Positions 1-8,997 of a stretch of 64,000 bases of DNA are shown piece by piece. The notes under the pieces are model-generated. The model was not told the DNA's origin, did not search any database, and saw nothing but the letters and a program-made list of their open reading frames with translations. The number at the start of each line of letters is the position of its first letter. Position 1 is the stretch's first letter. Source of the DNA: Kofleriaceae bacterium (GTDB lineage Bacteria > Myxococcota_A > Polyangia > Haliangiales > Haliangiaceae); NCBI GenBank assembly GCA_035715365.1, contig DASTLB010000022.1, forward strand, positions 144,242 to 208,241, read 5' to 3'. The translations under genes were made by a program, and so were the position numbers.

Positions 1-40
1 GCGGCGCCGGTGATTGCACGGCGCCGATCGCGCTCGAGCT

Positions 41-967
41 CTAGCGCACGAGTCGCAGTGGCTCGCCGAGCCGTGGAATCCACAGCCGGTCGCGCGCGTA
101 CGGCCGCTCCTGCCACCACGCCTCGAGCCGCGCGACCGGCTCGCCGACCGCCTCGTCGGTGAGCCGGAACGTGCCCCAGTGCATCGCGAGCAGGTGCTTC
201 GCGCCGAGCGCCTCGAACGCCTGGCCCGCCTCCTCGGGGCCGATGTGCTGCGGCTCCATGAACCAGCGCGGCGCGTAACCGCCGATCGGCAGCATCGCCC
301 AGTCGATCGCCGGGACGCGCGCGCGGATCTCGCCGAAGTGGTCCGCCCACGCGGTGTCGCCCGCGTGATAGACGACGCCGTCGCGGCTCGCGATCACGAA
401 GCCGCCCCACAGCGTGTCGTTGCGATTCCACGGCATCCGCATCGACCAGTGGCGCGCGGGCACGAGCGTGATCGCGACGCCGGCCTCGTCGTGGGTCTGC
501 CACCAGTCGAGCTCGACGACGCGCTCGTGGCCGAGCTTGCGCAGGCGCTCGCCGTTGCCGAGCCCCGTGAGGTAGAGCGCGGTGTGCGGCAGCTTCGCGA
601 GCGTCGGCAGATCCATGTGGTCGCGGTGATCGTGCGTGACGAGCACGATGTCGATCGATGGCATCGCGTCGAGCTCGACACCCGGCTCGACGAGCCGCCG
701 CGCGACGCCGGACAGCGAGCGCGACCACACCGGATCGGTGACGATCAGCTGGCCGCCGAGCCGGACCGCCCACGTCGCGTGGCCGATCCACACCGCGCAC
801 GGATCCGGCTGCGCGAGCGCCTCGGCGCCGCCGGGTACGAGCTCGGGACGCACGCGATCGAGCGCGTCATGATCGGGATGCAGCGGATCGCCTTTGCCGA
901 ACCGCCAGCGCAGCAGATCCTTCGGGCCTCGCGACGGCTTCGTCGCGCGATCTTCGAACCGGCCCAT
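41..967 (-). CDS. MBL-fold metallo-hydrolase (NAPE-PLD-like)
   Basis: Motif LVTHDHRDHMD (HxHxDH); start chosen at MGRFEDR (aa 47 of listed ORF), immediately after the stop of the upstream gene at 970. Confidence 0.7.
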   Translation of the reverse strand: MGRFEDRATKPSRGPKDLLRWRFGKGDPLHPDHDALDRVRPELVPGGAEALAQPDPCAVWIGHATWAVRLGGQLIVTDPVWSRSLSGVARRLVEPGVELDAMPSIDIVLVTHDHRDHMDLPTLAKLPHTALYLTGLGNGERLRKLGHERVVELDWWQTHDEAGVAITLVPARHWSMRMPWNRNDTLWGGFVIASRDGVVYHAGDTAWADHFGEIRARVPAIDWAMLPIGGYAPRWFMEPQHIGPEEAGQAFEALGAKHLLAMHWGTFRLTDEAVGEPVARLEAWWQERPYARDRLWIPRLGEPLRLVR

Positions 968-969
968 CG

Positions 970-1899
970 TCAGTGATCCGGCAGTCCGGCGTGCGCGAGC
1001 CGCACCGCGTACAGCCCGCTGCGCGCCGTGATGTAGAGCGTCTGGTGATCGGCGTCGCCGAACGCGCAGTTCGCCGGTTGCTCGGGCACCGCGATCACGC
1101 CCCACCGCGTGCCGTCGGGCGCGAACACCTCGACGCCGGTCGACGTCGCGACGAACACGTTACCCGCAACGTCGATCGCGAGCCCGTCGGGATTGCCCGA
1201 CGTCTCCGCGTGCAGCGCGCGTGGGCCGAGCGCGCCGGTGTTCGGATCGATCGGGAACTGGTAGACGTTGCCGTCGGCGGTATCGGAGACGTAGAGCCGC
1301 GCGCCGTCGGGCGAGATCCCGATCCCGTTCGGCCGCGACGCGAGCGCGCCGCGAAACTCGGCGATCACCGCGCCGTCACCGTCGACGCGGAACACGCCCA
1401 TGAAGTCGAGCTCGCGATCGGCATCGGCGATCCCGAACGGCGGGTCGGTGAAGTAGATCCCGAGCGGCGCTGCGATCACGTCGTTCGGCGAGTTGAGCCG
1501 CTTGCCCTCGAAGCCGGAGGCGACCGTCGTGATCGTCGAGCCGGTCGTGCGCGTCACGCTGCGCGAGCCGTGCTCGGCCGCGAGGAACGTGTCGGGACCG
1601 CCGGCCGCGAGCCCGTTCGCGTGGTTGCTCGGCGTGCGGAACACGACCGGTGCGCTGCCCGGCACGTAGCGATAGATCGTGTCCGCCGGGATATCGCTGA
1701 ACAGCAGGTCGCCGGCGTCGTCCCGCCACTGCGGCCCCTCGGTGAACTGGAAGCCGCCCTGGATCTGCTCGACCGCGCCGATCCCGACGAGTGGATCCCC
1801 GGGCGCGACCGGCGCATCGCTGGCGCTGCCCGCGTCGACGCGCACCGGCGAGTCGCCGCCGCACGACGCGAGCACGACCGCGATCGCGAGCCGTTCCAT
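970..1899 (-). CDS. SMP-30/gluconolactonase/LRE-like beta-propeller lipoprotein
   Basis: Lipobox MERLAIAVVLASCGG; repeated FTDPPFG/GIGISPDG/DGNVY motifs typical of the SMP-30/LRE family. Confidence 0.65.
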   Translation of the reverse strand: MERLAIAVVLASCGGDSPVRVDAGSASDAPVAPGDPLVGIGAVEQIQGGFQFTEGPQWRDDAGDLLFSDIPADTIYRYVPGSAPVVFRTPSNHANGLAAGGPDTFLAAEHGSRSVTRTTGSTITTVASGFEGKRLNSPNDVIAAPLGIYFTDPPFGIADADRELDFMGVFRVDGDGAVIAEFRGALASRPNGIGISPDGARLYVSDTADGNVYQFPIDPNTGALGPRALHAETSGNPDGLAIDVAGNVFVATSTGVEVFAPDGTRWGVIAVPEQPANCAFGDADHQTLYITARSGLYAVRLAHAGLPDH

Positions 1900-1917
1900 C
1901 GCGCGAGCGTAGCGCGA

Positions 1918-2577
1918 TCACGGTTGTTTCGGGATCCCCGAGAGGTCCGGCTTCGCCGTGACGTCACACCGCGCCGGCTGACACAGCTGATCGGGACGCT
2001 GCTGCATCGCCGGCGGCACGTCGACGCTCTTCTTCAGGGTCTGGTCGTACGCGTACGAGAACGAGCCATCCGAGGCCTTCCACGTCCGCGAGATCCCGAC
2101 GACCGCGCCGTTCTTGAACCACGCGAGGTGCGAGACGCGTCCGTTCGGCAGGCACGTGACGCTGAGCCCGTTGTACTGGTCGTCGGCCATGTCGCTCCAG
2201 CTGTCGAGCCGGCCGTCGCGATCGAAGTTGAACACGCGGCCGTGCTTCTTGTGATCCTTGTAGTAGGCCGCGAAGCTGACGCGCTGCTTCGCCGGATCGC
2301 GCTCGTCCGCATCGCGAAGGAAGATCGCGGGCCCCTGGCGCTTGCTGCCCGACCAGTGCTCGCCGGCGCCCTGCCCGCCGTGCGGCTCGCGCGTGCGGCA
2401 CTCGGTGCCCCGGCGCTGCGCACCGGCGGGGCACGTCAGGAACGCGTCGAAGTTGCCGAGGCACGCTTGCGTCGTCGGCGCGGGATCCGCGCTCGCGGTC
2501 AGCGTGGCGAGGACGAGGGTGGCGCCGTACGCGACGCCGACAAGACCGAACGATCGCAGCTCTCTGGACACGTGCAT
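1918..2577 (-). CDS. secreted hypothetical protein
   Basis: N-terminal signal peptide (GLVGVAYGATLVLATLTASA); no recognisable catalytic motif. Confidence 0.5.
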   Translation of the reverse strand: MHVSRELRSFGLVGVAYGATLVLATLTASADPAPTTQACLGNFDAFLTCPAGAQRRGTECRTREPHGGQGAGEHWSGSKRQGPAIFLRDADERDPAKQRVSFAAYYKDHKKHGRVFNFDRDGRLDSWSDMADDQYNGLSVTCLPNGRVSHLAWFKNGAVVGISRTWKASDGSFSYAYDQTLKKSVDVPPAMQQRPDQLCQPARCDVTAKPDLSGIPKQP

Positions 2578-2736
2578 GGAAGCTCCTGATGCGCGGGGAC
2601 CATCCCCGTTCGCGCCCCCTGGAGCCGGCCCGGTCGCGTTCGTCGCACGAAATCGACACGCCGGTTTTTCTGCGACGAGCGGGCGTGCCGCGGCTCCAGG
2701 CTGCGCGCCGCTTTTCTACCGGCGGCCAGGAGAACC

Positions 2737-3309
2737 ATGCGAACGACCCTCGCTCTCGCGACCCTCACCGTTGTCACCACCCCCGCGCTCGCCGACACCG
2801 CCGGCGAACCCACCCCTGCCGTGCACGCGAAGACGCTCGGCGTCGACGGCGCCATCGCGATGCCGACCGGCGCCTGGGGCGATGCCAGCGGCGTCGGGAT
2901 CGGCGCGCTCGGCCGCTTCGAGTACGCGCTGCAGCCGAAGCTCGCGATCACGGCGCGGCTCGGGTTCGTCCAGCACCTGTCGAAGGAGGTCGATCTCGGG
3001 TTCGGCACCGCGGACTCGTCGACGAGCGAGATCCCGGTGTTCGGCGGCGTGCGCTACGCGTTCTCGCAATCGGCGACGAGCTCGATCTACGGCGCGGCCG
3101 AGCTCGGGTTCGTCGTCTACCGCGTGTCGCTCGACTCCGACGGGATGTCGAAGACCGGCAGCGACACGAACCTCGGGATGAGCCTCGGTGCCGGCTATCG
3201 CACCGGCAAGCTCGACCTGCGCGGCGCGCTGTTCTTCCCGGACGCCGGCGAGGTCGACGACGCGATGGCCGTGATGGCGACCGTCGGCTACGACCTCACG
3301 GCGCTGTAG
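2737..3309 (+). CDS. outer-membrane beta-barrel protein (OmpA-like N-terminal barrel)
   Basis: Signal peptide MRTTLALATLTVVTTPALA; alternating hydrophobic beta-strand pattern; C-terminal aromatic residue pattern. Confidence 0.55.
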   Translation: MRTTLALATLTVVTTPALADTAGEPTPAVHAKTLGVDGAIAMPTGAWGDASGVGIGALGRFEYALQPKLAITARLGFVQHLSKEVDLGFGTADSSTSEIPVFGGVRYAFSQSATSSIYGAAELGFVVYRVSLDSDGMSKTGSDTNLGMSLGAGYRTGKLDLRGALFFPDAGEVDDAMAVMATVGYDLTAL

Positions 3310-6235
3310 CCCACGGATCCGCGGAGCCGGTCGCGGATCCGGCGGGTGCGACGCCGCCGCCGAGCAGCTGATCGATCGCGGCGACCTCGGCATCGCGATG
3401 TGCAGCCTCGTAGATCGCGCGCGCCGCGATCGCGTGCTCGCGCCGCGCACGCTCGTCGTACAGCTTCGCGTTCTGCGCGAGCTGCCAGTGGACGTCCGCG
3501 ATCGCGAGCGCCGGCGCGTCGACCTCGCGATACGTCTCGAGCACGCTCTCGAGCTCGCGCACGGCGAGCATGTCGAGCTTCTGCTGGCGCGCCTGGTCGA
3601 GCCGGCCGAGCGCGAACCGCACCTTCTGCGGCGCGTGCGGATGCAGGCCGGTGACGAGCTCGTACTGACAGCCCATCGGCGTCTGGCGCGCGACCGCGAG
3701 CGTGCAATGCTCGCGCGCGACCGCGAGGCGATCGGCGAGCGCGAGCCTCGGACCGTCGGTCGCCTGGCCCGGCGCGAACGGTCGGATCGCGTAGTACGAC
3801 GGCGTCAGCACGTCGTTCGCATCGGCGAGCCGGCCGGCGCGGCGCAGGATCTCGGCGCGAGCGACATCGACGAGGATCGGCGACGCGAGGTCGGTCAGCG
3901 TCGCGCGCAGCTTGACCAGGTCGTCGAGCGCGCCGTCGGGATCGCCGGCGAGCGCGCGGAGCCTCGCGAGCCGGATCCGATCGCGGACGCCGCTCGCGCG
4001 TGACGGATCGAGCGCGTGCGCATCGGCGAGGTACGCCTTTGTCGCCGCGGCATCGTCGGCGTCGAGTGCGAGATCGGCAGCGACGACGAGCGCCTCGGCG
4101 CGGATTGGTGCGCTCGCCTTCGACGTCCCGAGCGCGGCGGCGAGCTCGCGGCGCGCGGCCTCGCGATCGAACCGCAGCACGTCGTGCGCCAGGGCGTGGC
4201 CGGTGCGCGCGACGAGCTCGGCGTCTGCCGCTGCGAGCGCCTGCGCCGCGGCGATCGCGCGATCCCACGCGGCGAGCGCGCGCGCGGCATCGCCGACGTC
4301 GGTGAACGTCGCCGCCTCCTGCAGCGCGATCGGCAGCACGTCGCGGGCGGCGTTGCCGTGGCGCGCGAGCAGCGACGCGAGCGTGTCGTCGTCGCGGACC
4401 GCGGCGGCGTGCTCGCCGTTCCAGCGCGCGACCTCGAGAAGCTGGAGCAGCGCGCGGGCGCGCACCGCGTCGTCGCCGGCACGCTCGCCGGTCGCCGCGA
4501 GCGCACGCAGCAGCCGCTCGGCGGCGACCATGTCGTGCGTCGCGACCGCGCGCGTCGCCGCGACCTCGAGCGCATCGCCGGCGAGCGCGTCGTCTCCGGC
4601 GGTGCGCGCCTGCTCGGCGAGCTGTTCCGCGCGTGCGATCGCGCGGCTCGCGTCGGGCTCGCGCGCGATCGTCTCGCGCAGCTCCCGACGCGACGTCGTC
4701 GTGGCAACCGGGGCGGCGTCGCAGCGGTCGAGCCCGCGGACGAGCGGCCACGGCGCATCGAGCGCACCCGGCAACGCCGCGATCGTCTCGCCGAGCGCGC
4801 GCTCGCGGTGCGCGAGGCATGCGTCGTCGACGGTCGGCTGGTGCTGGCAGCGCGCGACCTCGGCGGCACCGAGCGTCGTCACCGCGCGATCGAGCTCGCC
4901 GGCGATCGCCGCGCCGGTCCAGCCCGCGAACGGGCGCGGCAGGCCAAGCGCGTCCGGCGTGCCCGGCGGTGGCGGCATCGCCGCGAACGCCGCGACGAGC
5001 CGCGTCCGCGCGTCCGCCGTCCACTGCTTCGGCGCGTCGGGCACGCACGCGGGTGCGGCCTCGGTGCGCGTCACGAACCACAGCGCGATCGCGACGCCGC
5101 ACAGCGCGACGCCGCCCGCGATCGGCCACCACCGCACCTGGTGCGCCGGCGCGAGCTCGGCGAGCAGCGCGTCGAGCGTCGCGAACCGCTGCGCCGGATC
5201 CGGCTCGAGCGCGCGCACGATCGCGGCCCGCGCACGCGGCCCGAGCTTCGCTGCCTCGAGCGCGGCGGTCACGCGCGTGCGCTCGGTGACGTCGAGCGTG
5301 CGCTTCATCGGGTTCTGCCCGACGAGCGCGTCGACGAGCGCGACCGCGAACGCGTACTGGTCGCTGCGCGCGTCGACCGCGCGGCCGTCCGCCTGCTCGG
5401 GCGCCATGTACGCCGGCGTCCCGACGACCGCATCGACGTGCGTCAGCACCGTGTGGATCCCGCTGGCCCGCGGCAGCGCGAGCGTCTCGCGGCCCGGCAC
5501 CTGACCGGGATGGATGCCGCGCGACAGCCCGAAGTCGGTGACCTTGGCGACGCCATCGCCGGTGACGAGCACGTTCGCCGGCTTGAAGTCGCGGTGCACG
5601 AGCCCGGCGCGATGCGCGGCCGCGAGCCCGGCGCCGGCCTGACGGAACATCGCGAGGATGTCGTCCGCGCTGCGCGCGCGCTCGATCAGCCACGAGTCGA
5701 GCGTCGGGCCGGACACGAACTCCATCGCCAGGAACACGCGATCGCCGTGGTGGCCGATGTCGAAGATCTGGACGACGTTCGGATGCGACAGCTGCGCCAT
5801 CGCCTGCGCCTCGCGCCGCAGCCGGTGCTCGAGATCGTCGCGATCCTCGCCGGTGAACGCGTCGGGCCGCACGAGCTTGATCACGACCGCGCGCCGCAGC
5901 TCGGGATCGCGCGCGAGGTGGACGACGCCCATCCCGCCGGCGCCGAGCGGCCGCTCGATCACGTAGCGCCCGAGCTGTGCGCCGGGGGCGAGGTCGCTCG
6001 CGGACGGCTGTGACTTCGCGCGCCGCCACGCCCGCCGCGCCGAGATCGTCGGCTGCGAGCTGGTGTCCGCGCGCGCCGCGGCGGCGACCACGGCCCGGCA
6101 CCGGGCGCACACGTCGATCCGGTGCTCGACGTCGGCGCGGCGACCGGGCGCGAGCGTGCCGTCGACGAACGCGAGCGCGACGTCGACATCGAGGCACGCA
6201 TCGCCCGCGGCACAGCGGTCATCGGCCCCGGTCAC
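3296..6235 (-). CDS. Ser/Thr protein kinase fused to N-terminal zf-HC2 anti-sigma-factor domain, with C-terminal TPR-like domain
   Basis: N-terminal Hx3Cx2C (HRIDVCARCR); kinase motifs GAGGMG, VIK, HRDFKPANV, DFGLS, APE; a TM segment; long Ala/Leu-rich helical repeat C-terminus. Confidence 0.8.
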   Translation of the reverse strand: MTGADDRCAAGDACLDVDVALAFVDGTLAPGRRADVEHRIDVCARCRAVVAAAARADTSSQPTISARRAWRRAKSQPSASDLAPGAQLGRYVIERPLGAGGMGVVHLARDPELRRAVVIKLVRPDAFTGEDRDDLEHRLRREAQAMAQLSHPNVVQIFDIGHHGDRVFLAMEFVSGPTLDSWLIERARSADDILAMFRQAGAGLAAAHRAGLVHRDFKPANVLVTGDGVAKVTDFGLSRGIHPGQVPGRETLALPRASGIHTVLTHVDAVVGTPAYMAPEQADGRAVDARSDQYAFAVALVDALVGQNPMKRTLDVTERTRVTAALEAAKLGPRARAAIVRALEPDPAQRFATLDALLAELAPAHQVRWWPIAGGVALCGVAIALWFVTRTEAAPACVPDAPKQWTADARTRLVAAFAAMPPPPGTPDALGLPRPFAGWTGAAIAGELDRAVTTLGAAEVARCQHQPTVDDACLAHRERALGETIAALPGALDAPWPLVRGLDRCDAAPVATTTSRRELRETIAREPDASRAIARAEQLAEQARTAGDDALAGDALEVAATRAVATHDMVAAERLLRALAATGERAGDDAVRARALLQLLEVARWNGEHAAAVRDDDTLASLLARHGNAARDVLPIALQEAATFTDVGDAARALAAWDRAIAAAQALAAADAELVARTGHALAHDVLRFDREAARRELAAALGTSKASAPIRAEALVVAADLALDADDAAATKAYLADAHALDPSRASGVRDRIRLARLRALAGDPDGALDDLVKLRATLTDLASPILVDVARAEILRRAGRLADANDVLTPSYYAIRPFAPGQATDGPRLALADRLAVAREHCTLAVARQTPMGCQYELVTGLHPHAPQKVRFALGRLDQARQQKLDMLAVRELESVLETYREVDAPALAIADVHWQLAQNAKLYDERARREHAIAARAIYEAAHRDAEVAAIDQLLGGGVAPAGSATGSADPWATAP

Positions 6236-6274
6236 GATCAGAAGATAGCGTCATTCGCGCTATGATCGCGGCGG

Positions 6275-7081
6275 ATGATCGAGGACGAGGTCGCCGTCGC
6301 CTGGCAGCGCTGTCGCGAGGCACGACCCGACGTCGACCTCCCGCTCGCGACGTTCCGCGCGTACCTCGACCGCCACCGCCCCGAGGACGTCACGCCGGCC
6401 GAGCAGCTGACGTGGTGCCTCGAGGATCTGTACCTCGCGTGCGGCGTCGTCGCGCAGCTGCCGGCGGCGATCGCGGCGGCCGACCGCGAGCTCGTGCCGA
6501 TCATCGACGCCGCGCTCGCGACCTGGGATCGCGCGGTCGTCGACGAGACGCGCCAGCGACTGCGCGCGATGGTGCTCGTCGATCACGCCGGGCGCGGCCC
6601 ATTGATCGCGCAGTACAGCGGCCGCGGCGCGCTGTCGCGGTGGCTGCGCGTCGTCGCCGCGCGCGAGGCCGGCAAGGTGCGGCGCAGCGATCTCGCGCAG
6701 ACGCCGGTCGACGACGAGCGGCTGTTCGACGTGCTCGCGCCCGCGACCGATCCCGCGCTGTCCGCGATCAAGAACGACGCCGCGCGCGCGTTCAAGCAGG
6801 CGTTCGTCGCCGCGCTCGCCGAGCTCGATCGCCGCGAGCGCACCGCGCTTCGTCTCCACCTGCTCGACGGCCTCACGATCGACGCGATCGCGCCGCTCTA
6901 CGACGTTCACCGAGCGACGGTCGCGCGCTGGATCGCGAACGCGAAGCAGGCCGTCCTCGATCGCACGCGCAAGCGGCTGATGCACGAGCTGCGGCTCGAG
7001 CGCGACGAGGTCGACAGCTTGATCCGCCTCGTCCACAGCCGGATCGAGCTCGCCGAGGACGCGCTGCGCACGAAGAAGTGA
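6275..7081 (+). CDS. ECF-type sigma-70 family factor (ECF-STK-associated type, N-terminally extended)
   Basis: Region-4 HTH (LRLHLLDGLTIDAIAPLYDVHRATVARWIANAKQAV); divergent from the kinase/anti-sigma gene. Confidence 0.65.
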   Translation: MIEDEVAVAWQRCREARPDVDLPLATFRAYLDRHRPEDVTPAEQLTWCLEDLYLACGVVAQLPAAIAAADRELVPIIDAALATWDRAVVDETRQRLRAMVLVDHAGRGPLIAQYSGRGALSRWLRVVAAREAGKVRRSDLAQTPVDDERLFDVLAPATDPALSAIKNDAARAFKQAFVAALAELDRRERTALRLHLLDGLTIDAIAPLYDVHRATVARWIANAKQAVLDRTRKRLMHELRLERDEVDSLIRLVHSRIELAEDALRTKK

Positions 7082-7093
7082 CAAGCTGCGCGC

Positions 7094-8182
7094 ATGTGGC
7101 GCCTCGTGATGAGCCTCGTCCTGCTCGCTGGCTGCAAGAACAACGATAGCGTCCTCGATCCGGTGCACGGGTCCGCGACCTCGACGCCGTCGCCGACGAC
7201 GACCGCGTACTGCCGGCGCGGCATGAAGTTCACGCGCACGACCGGCGTGCTCGCGCCCGCGGCCGGCTCGAACCTGCGGCCCGCGAACACGTTCTCGATC
7301 GTCGCGCGCGATCCCGCGACCGGTGATCTCGGCGTCGCCGTGCAGTCGCACTGGTTCTCCGTCGGCGCGCTCGTGACCTGGGCCGAGCCCGGCGTCGGCG
7401 CTGTCGCGACGCAGTCGTTCGTCGAGCCGGCGTATGGCCCGAAGGGGCTCGCGCTGATGCGTGACGGCATGGCCGCGCCCGACGCGATGGCGAAGCTCGT
7501 CGCTGCCGATCCGCAATCCGCGGTGCGCCAGCTCGGATTCGTCGACGCGCAGGGCCGCGCGTCCGCGCACACCGGCGAGCGCTGCATCCGCTCCGCCGGC
7601 CACCACGTCGGCAACGGCTACACCGTGCAGGCGAACCTGATGAGCAACGACGAGGTCGTGCCGGCGATGGCGAAGGCGTACGAGGCCGCGACCGGGGACC
7701 TCGCCGATCGCATGCTCGCGGCGCTCGATGCCGCGCAGGGGGTCGGCGGCGACATCCGCGGCTGTCAGTCCGCGGCGATCCTGGTCGTCAGCGGCAAGCG
7801 CAGCGACACGCCGTGGGCCGAGAAGAAGCTCGATCTGCGCGTCGAGGATTCCGGAGCGCCGCTCGTCGAGCTGCGCCGGCTCGTCACGCTCGCGCGCGCG
7901 TACGATCACATGAACCAGGGCGATGCCGCCGTCGAGAAGGGCGACATGAAGGGCGCGGTCGATCACTACGGCGCCGCGACGACGATGGTCCCGGACAGCG
8001 TCGAGATGATCTACTGGTACGGGGTCGCGCTCGCGAACCACGACGACATGAAGGGTGCGATGCCGCTGCTGCAGAAGGCATTCGCCATCGATCCCGCATG
8101 GATCGAGCTGACGCGCCGCCTCCCCGCCGCCGGCCTGATGCCCGCGCCGACCGCCGAGGCGATCGTGCGCGACGCACGCTGA
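7094..8182 (+). CDS. DUF1028 family lipoprotein (Ntn-hydrolase-like) with C-terminal TPR-like tail
   Basis: Lipobox LLAGC; motif FSIVARDPATGDLGVAVQS characteristic of DUF1028. Confidence 0.6.
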   Translation: MWRLVMSLVLLAGCKNNDSVLDPVHGSATSTPSPTTTAYCRRGMKFTRTTGVLAPAAGSNLRPANTFSIVARDPATGDLGVAVQSHWFSVGALVTWAEPGVGAVATQSFVEPAYGPKGLALMRDGMAAPDAMAKLVAADPQSAVRQLGFVDAQGRASAHTGERCIRSAGHHVGNGYTVQANLMSNDEVVPAMAKAYEAATGDLADRMLAALDAAQGVGGDIRGCQSAAILVVSGKRSDTPWAEKKLDLRVEDSGAPLVELRRLVTLARAYDHMNQGDAAVEKGDMKGAVDHYGAATTMVPDSVEMIYWYGVALANHDDMKGAMPLLQKAFAIDPAWIELTRRLPAAGLMPAPTAEAIVRDAR

Positions 8183-8217
8183 CTGGCCAGCCCCGCGCGC
8201 GCGGGCCAAGCTGTTGC

Positions 8218-8997
8218 GTGGTCATCGACGAGGAGGCGATCGCCGGAGAGCTGCACGTGGCGGCCGCGCCGCGCGCCTCGACGTGGGGTCCGCACGCGCG
8301 TGCCGTGCTCGCGATCGGCGTGCGCGCGGGCCTCGTGCCGTCGCTGATCGTGTTCGCGCTCTACTTCCTCACGAACCGCGACGCCGAGCTGCCGTGGGTG
8401 CGCGTCGCGACGCTCGTCGCCGCGTACGGTCCCGCGGTCGGCGTGCTGCTCGCCGGCTCGATCGCGCTCGTCGTCGCGGTGACCGATCGGATCGCGCGAC
8501 TCGGCCACGGGCTCGTCGTGATCGCGAACCCGATCACGGCCGGCGCGGTCGCGGGCCTCGTCGCCGGGATCGCCCCCGGCGCGATCGGCGTGTCGATGTT
8601 CGGCGCGTATCACGGACCGTTCGTCGGCACCGCGCTGATCGCGTTCGGCATGATCGCCGGCTCGGTGCTCGTCGCGGCGCCGCTCGCGCTGCGGGCCCGG
8701 CGCGCACGCGCGTCGGTCGCCGACAAGCGCGCGGTCGCGCTCGCGACGGTGTTCGCGACGCTGATCCTGTGCGCGGTCGCGGCGGTGCTCGCGCCGGTGA
8801 TCGTCGGCAACGCGTTCGAGGAAGCGCGCGGCGGGCTCGACGAGTACGGCGCGATCGTCGGCGCGGTCGCCGGTGCGGCCGGCGGCGCCGTGATCGGCGT
8901 GTTCATCGGTCTCGTGATCGCGCTCGGCCGATCGATCGGGATCACTGCACCGGGCGCGCCGACAGCGCGTACGGGTGGATCACGCGTGCATCGCTGA
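8218..8997 (+). CDS. polytopic membrane protein (hypothetical)
   Basis: Putative GTG start; at least 6 Gly/Ala/Val-rich hydrophobic helices; very high GC3; competing antisense ORFs are Arg-rich artefacts. Confidence 0.45.
   Translation: MVIDEEAIAGELHVAAAPRASTWGPHARAVLAIGVRAGLVPSLIVFALYFLTNRDAELPWVRVATLVAAYGPAVGVLLAGSIALVVAVTDRIARLGHGLVVIANPITAGAVAGLVAGIAPGAIGVSMFGAYHGPFVGTALIAFGMIAGSVLVAAPLALRARRARASVADKRAVALATVFATLILCAVAAVLAPVIVGNAFEEARGGLDEYGAIVGAVAGAAGGAVIGVFIGLVIALGRSIGITAPGAPTARTGGSRVHR

Noticed and set aside
3288-6197. 969-aa minus ORF and several plus ORFs (3912..5504, 4016..6013) overlapping the kinase gene
   Set aside because: Wrong-frame artefacts with extreme Arg/Ala/Ser bias; the 3296..6235 frame carries complete kinase motifs.
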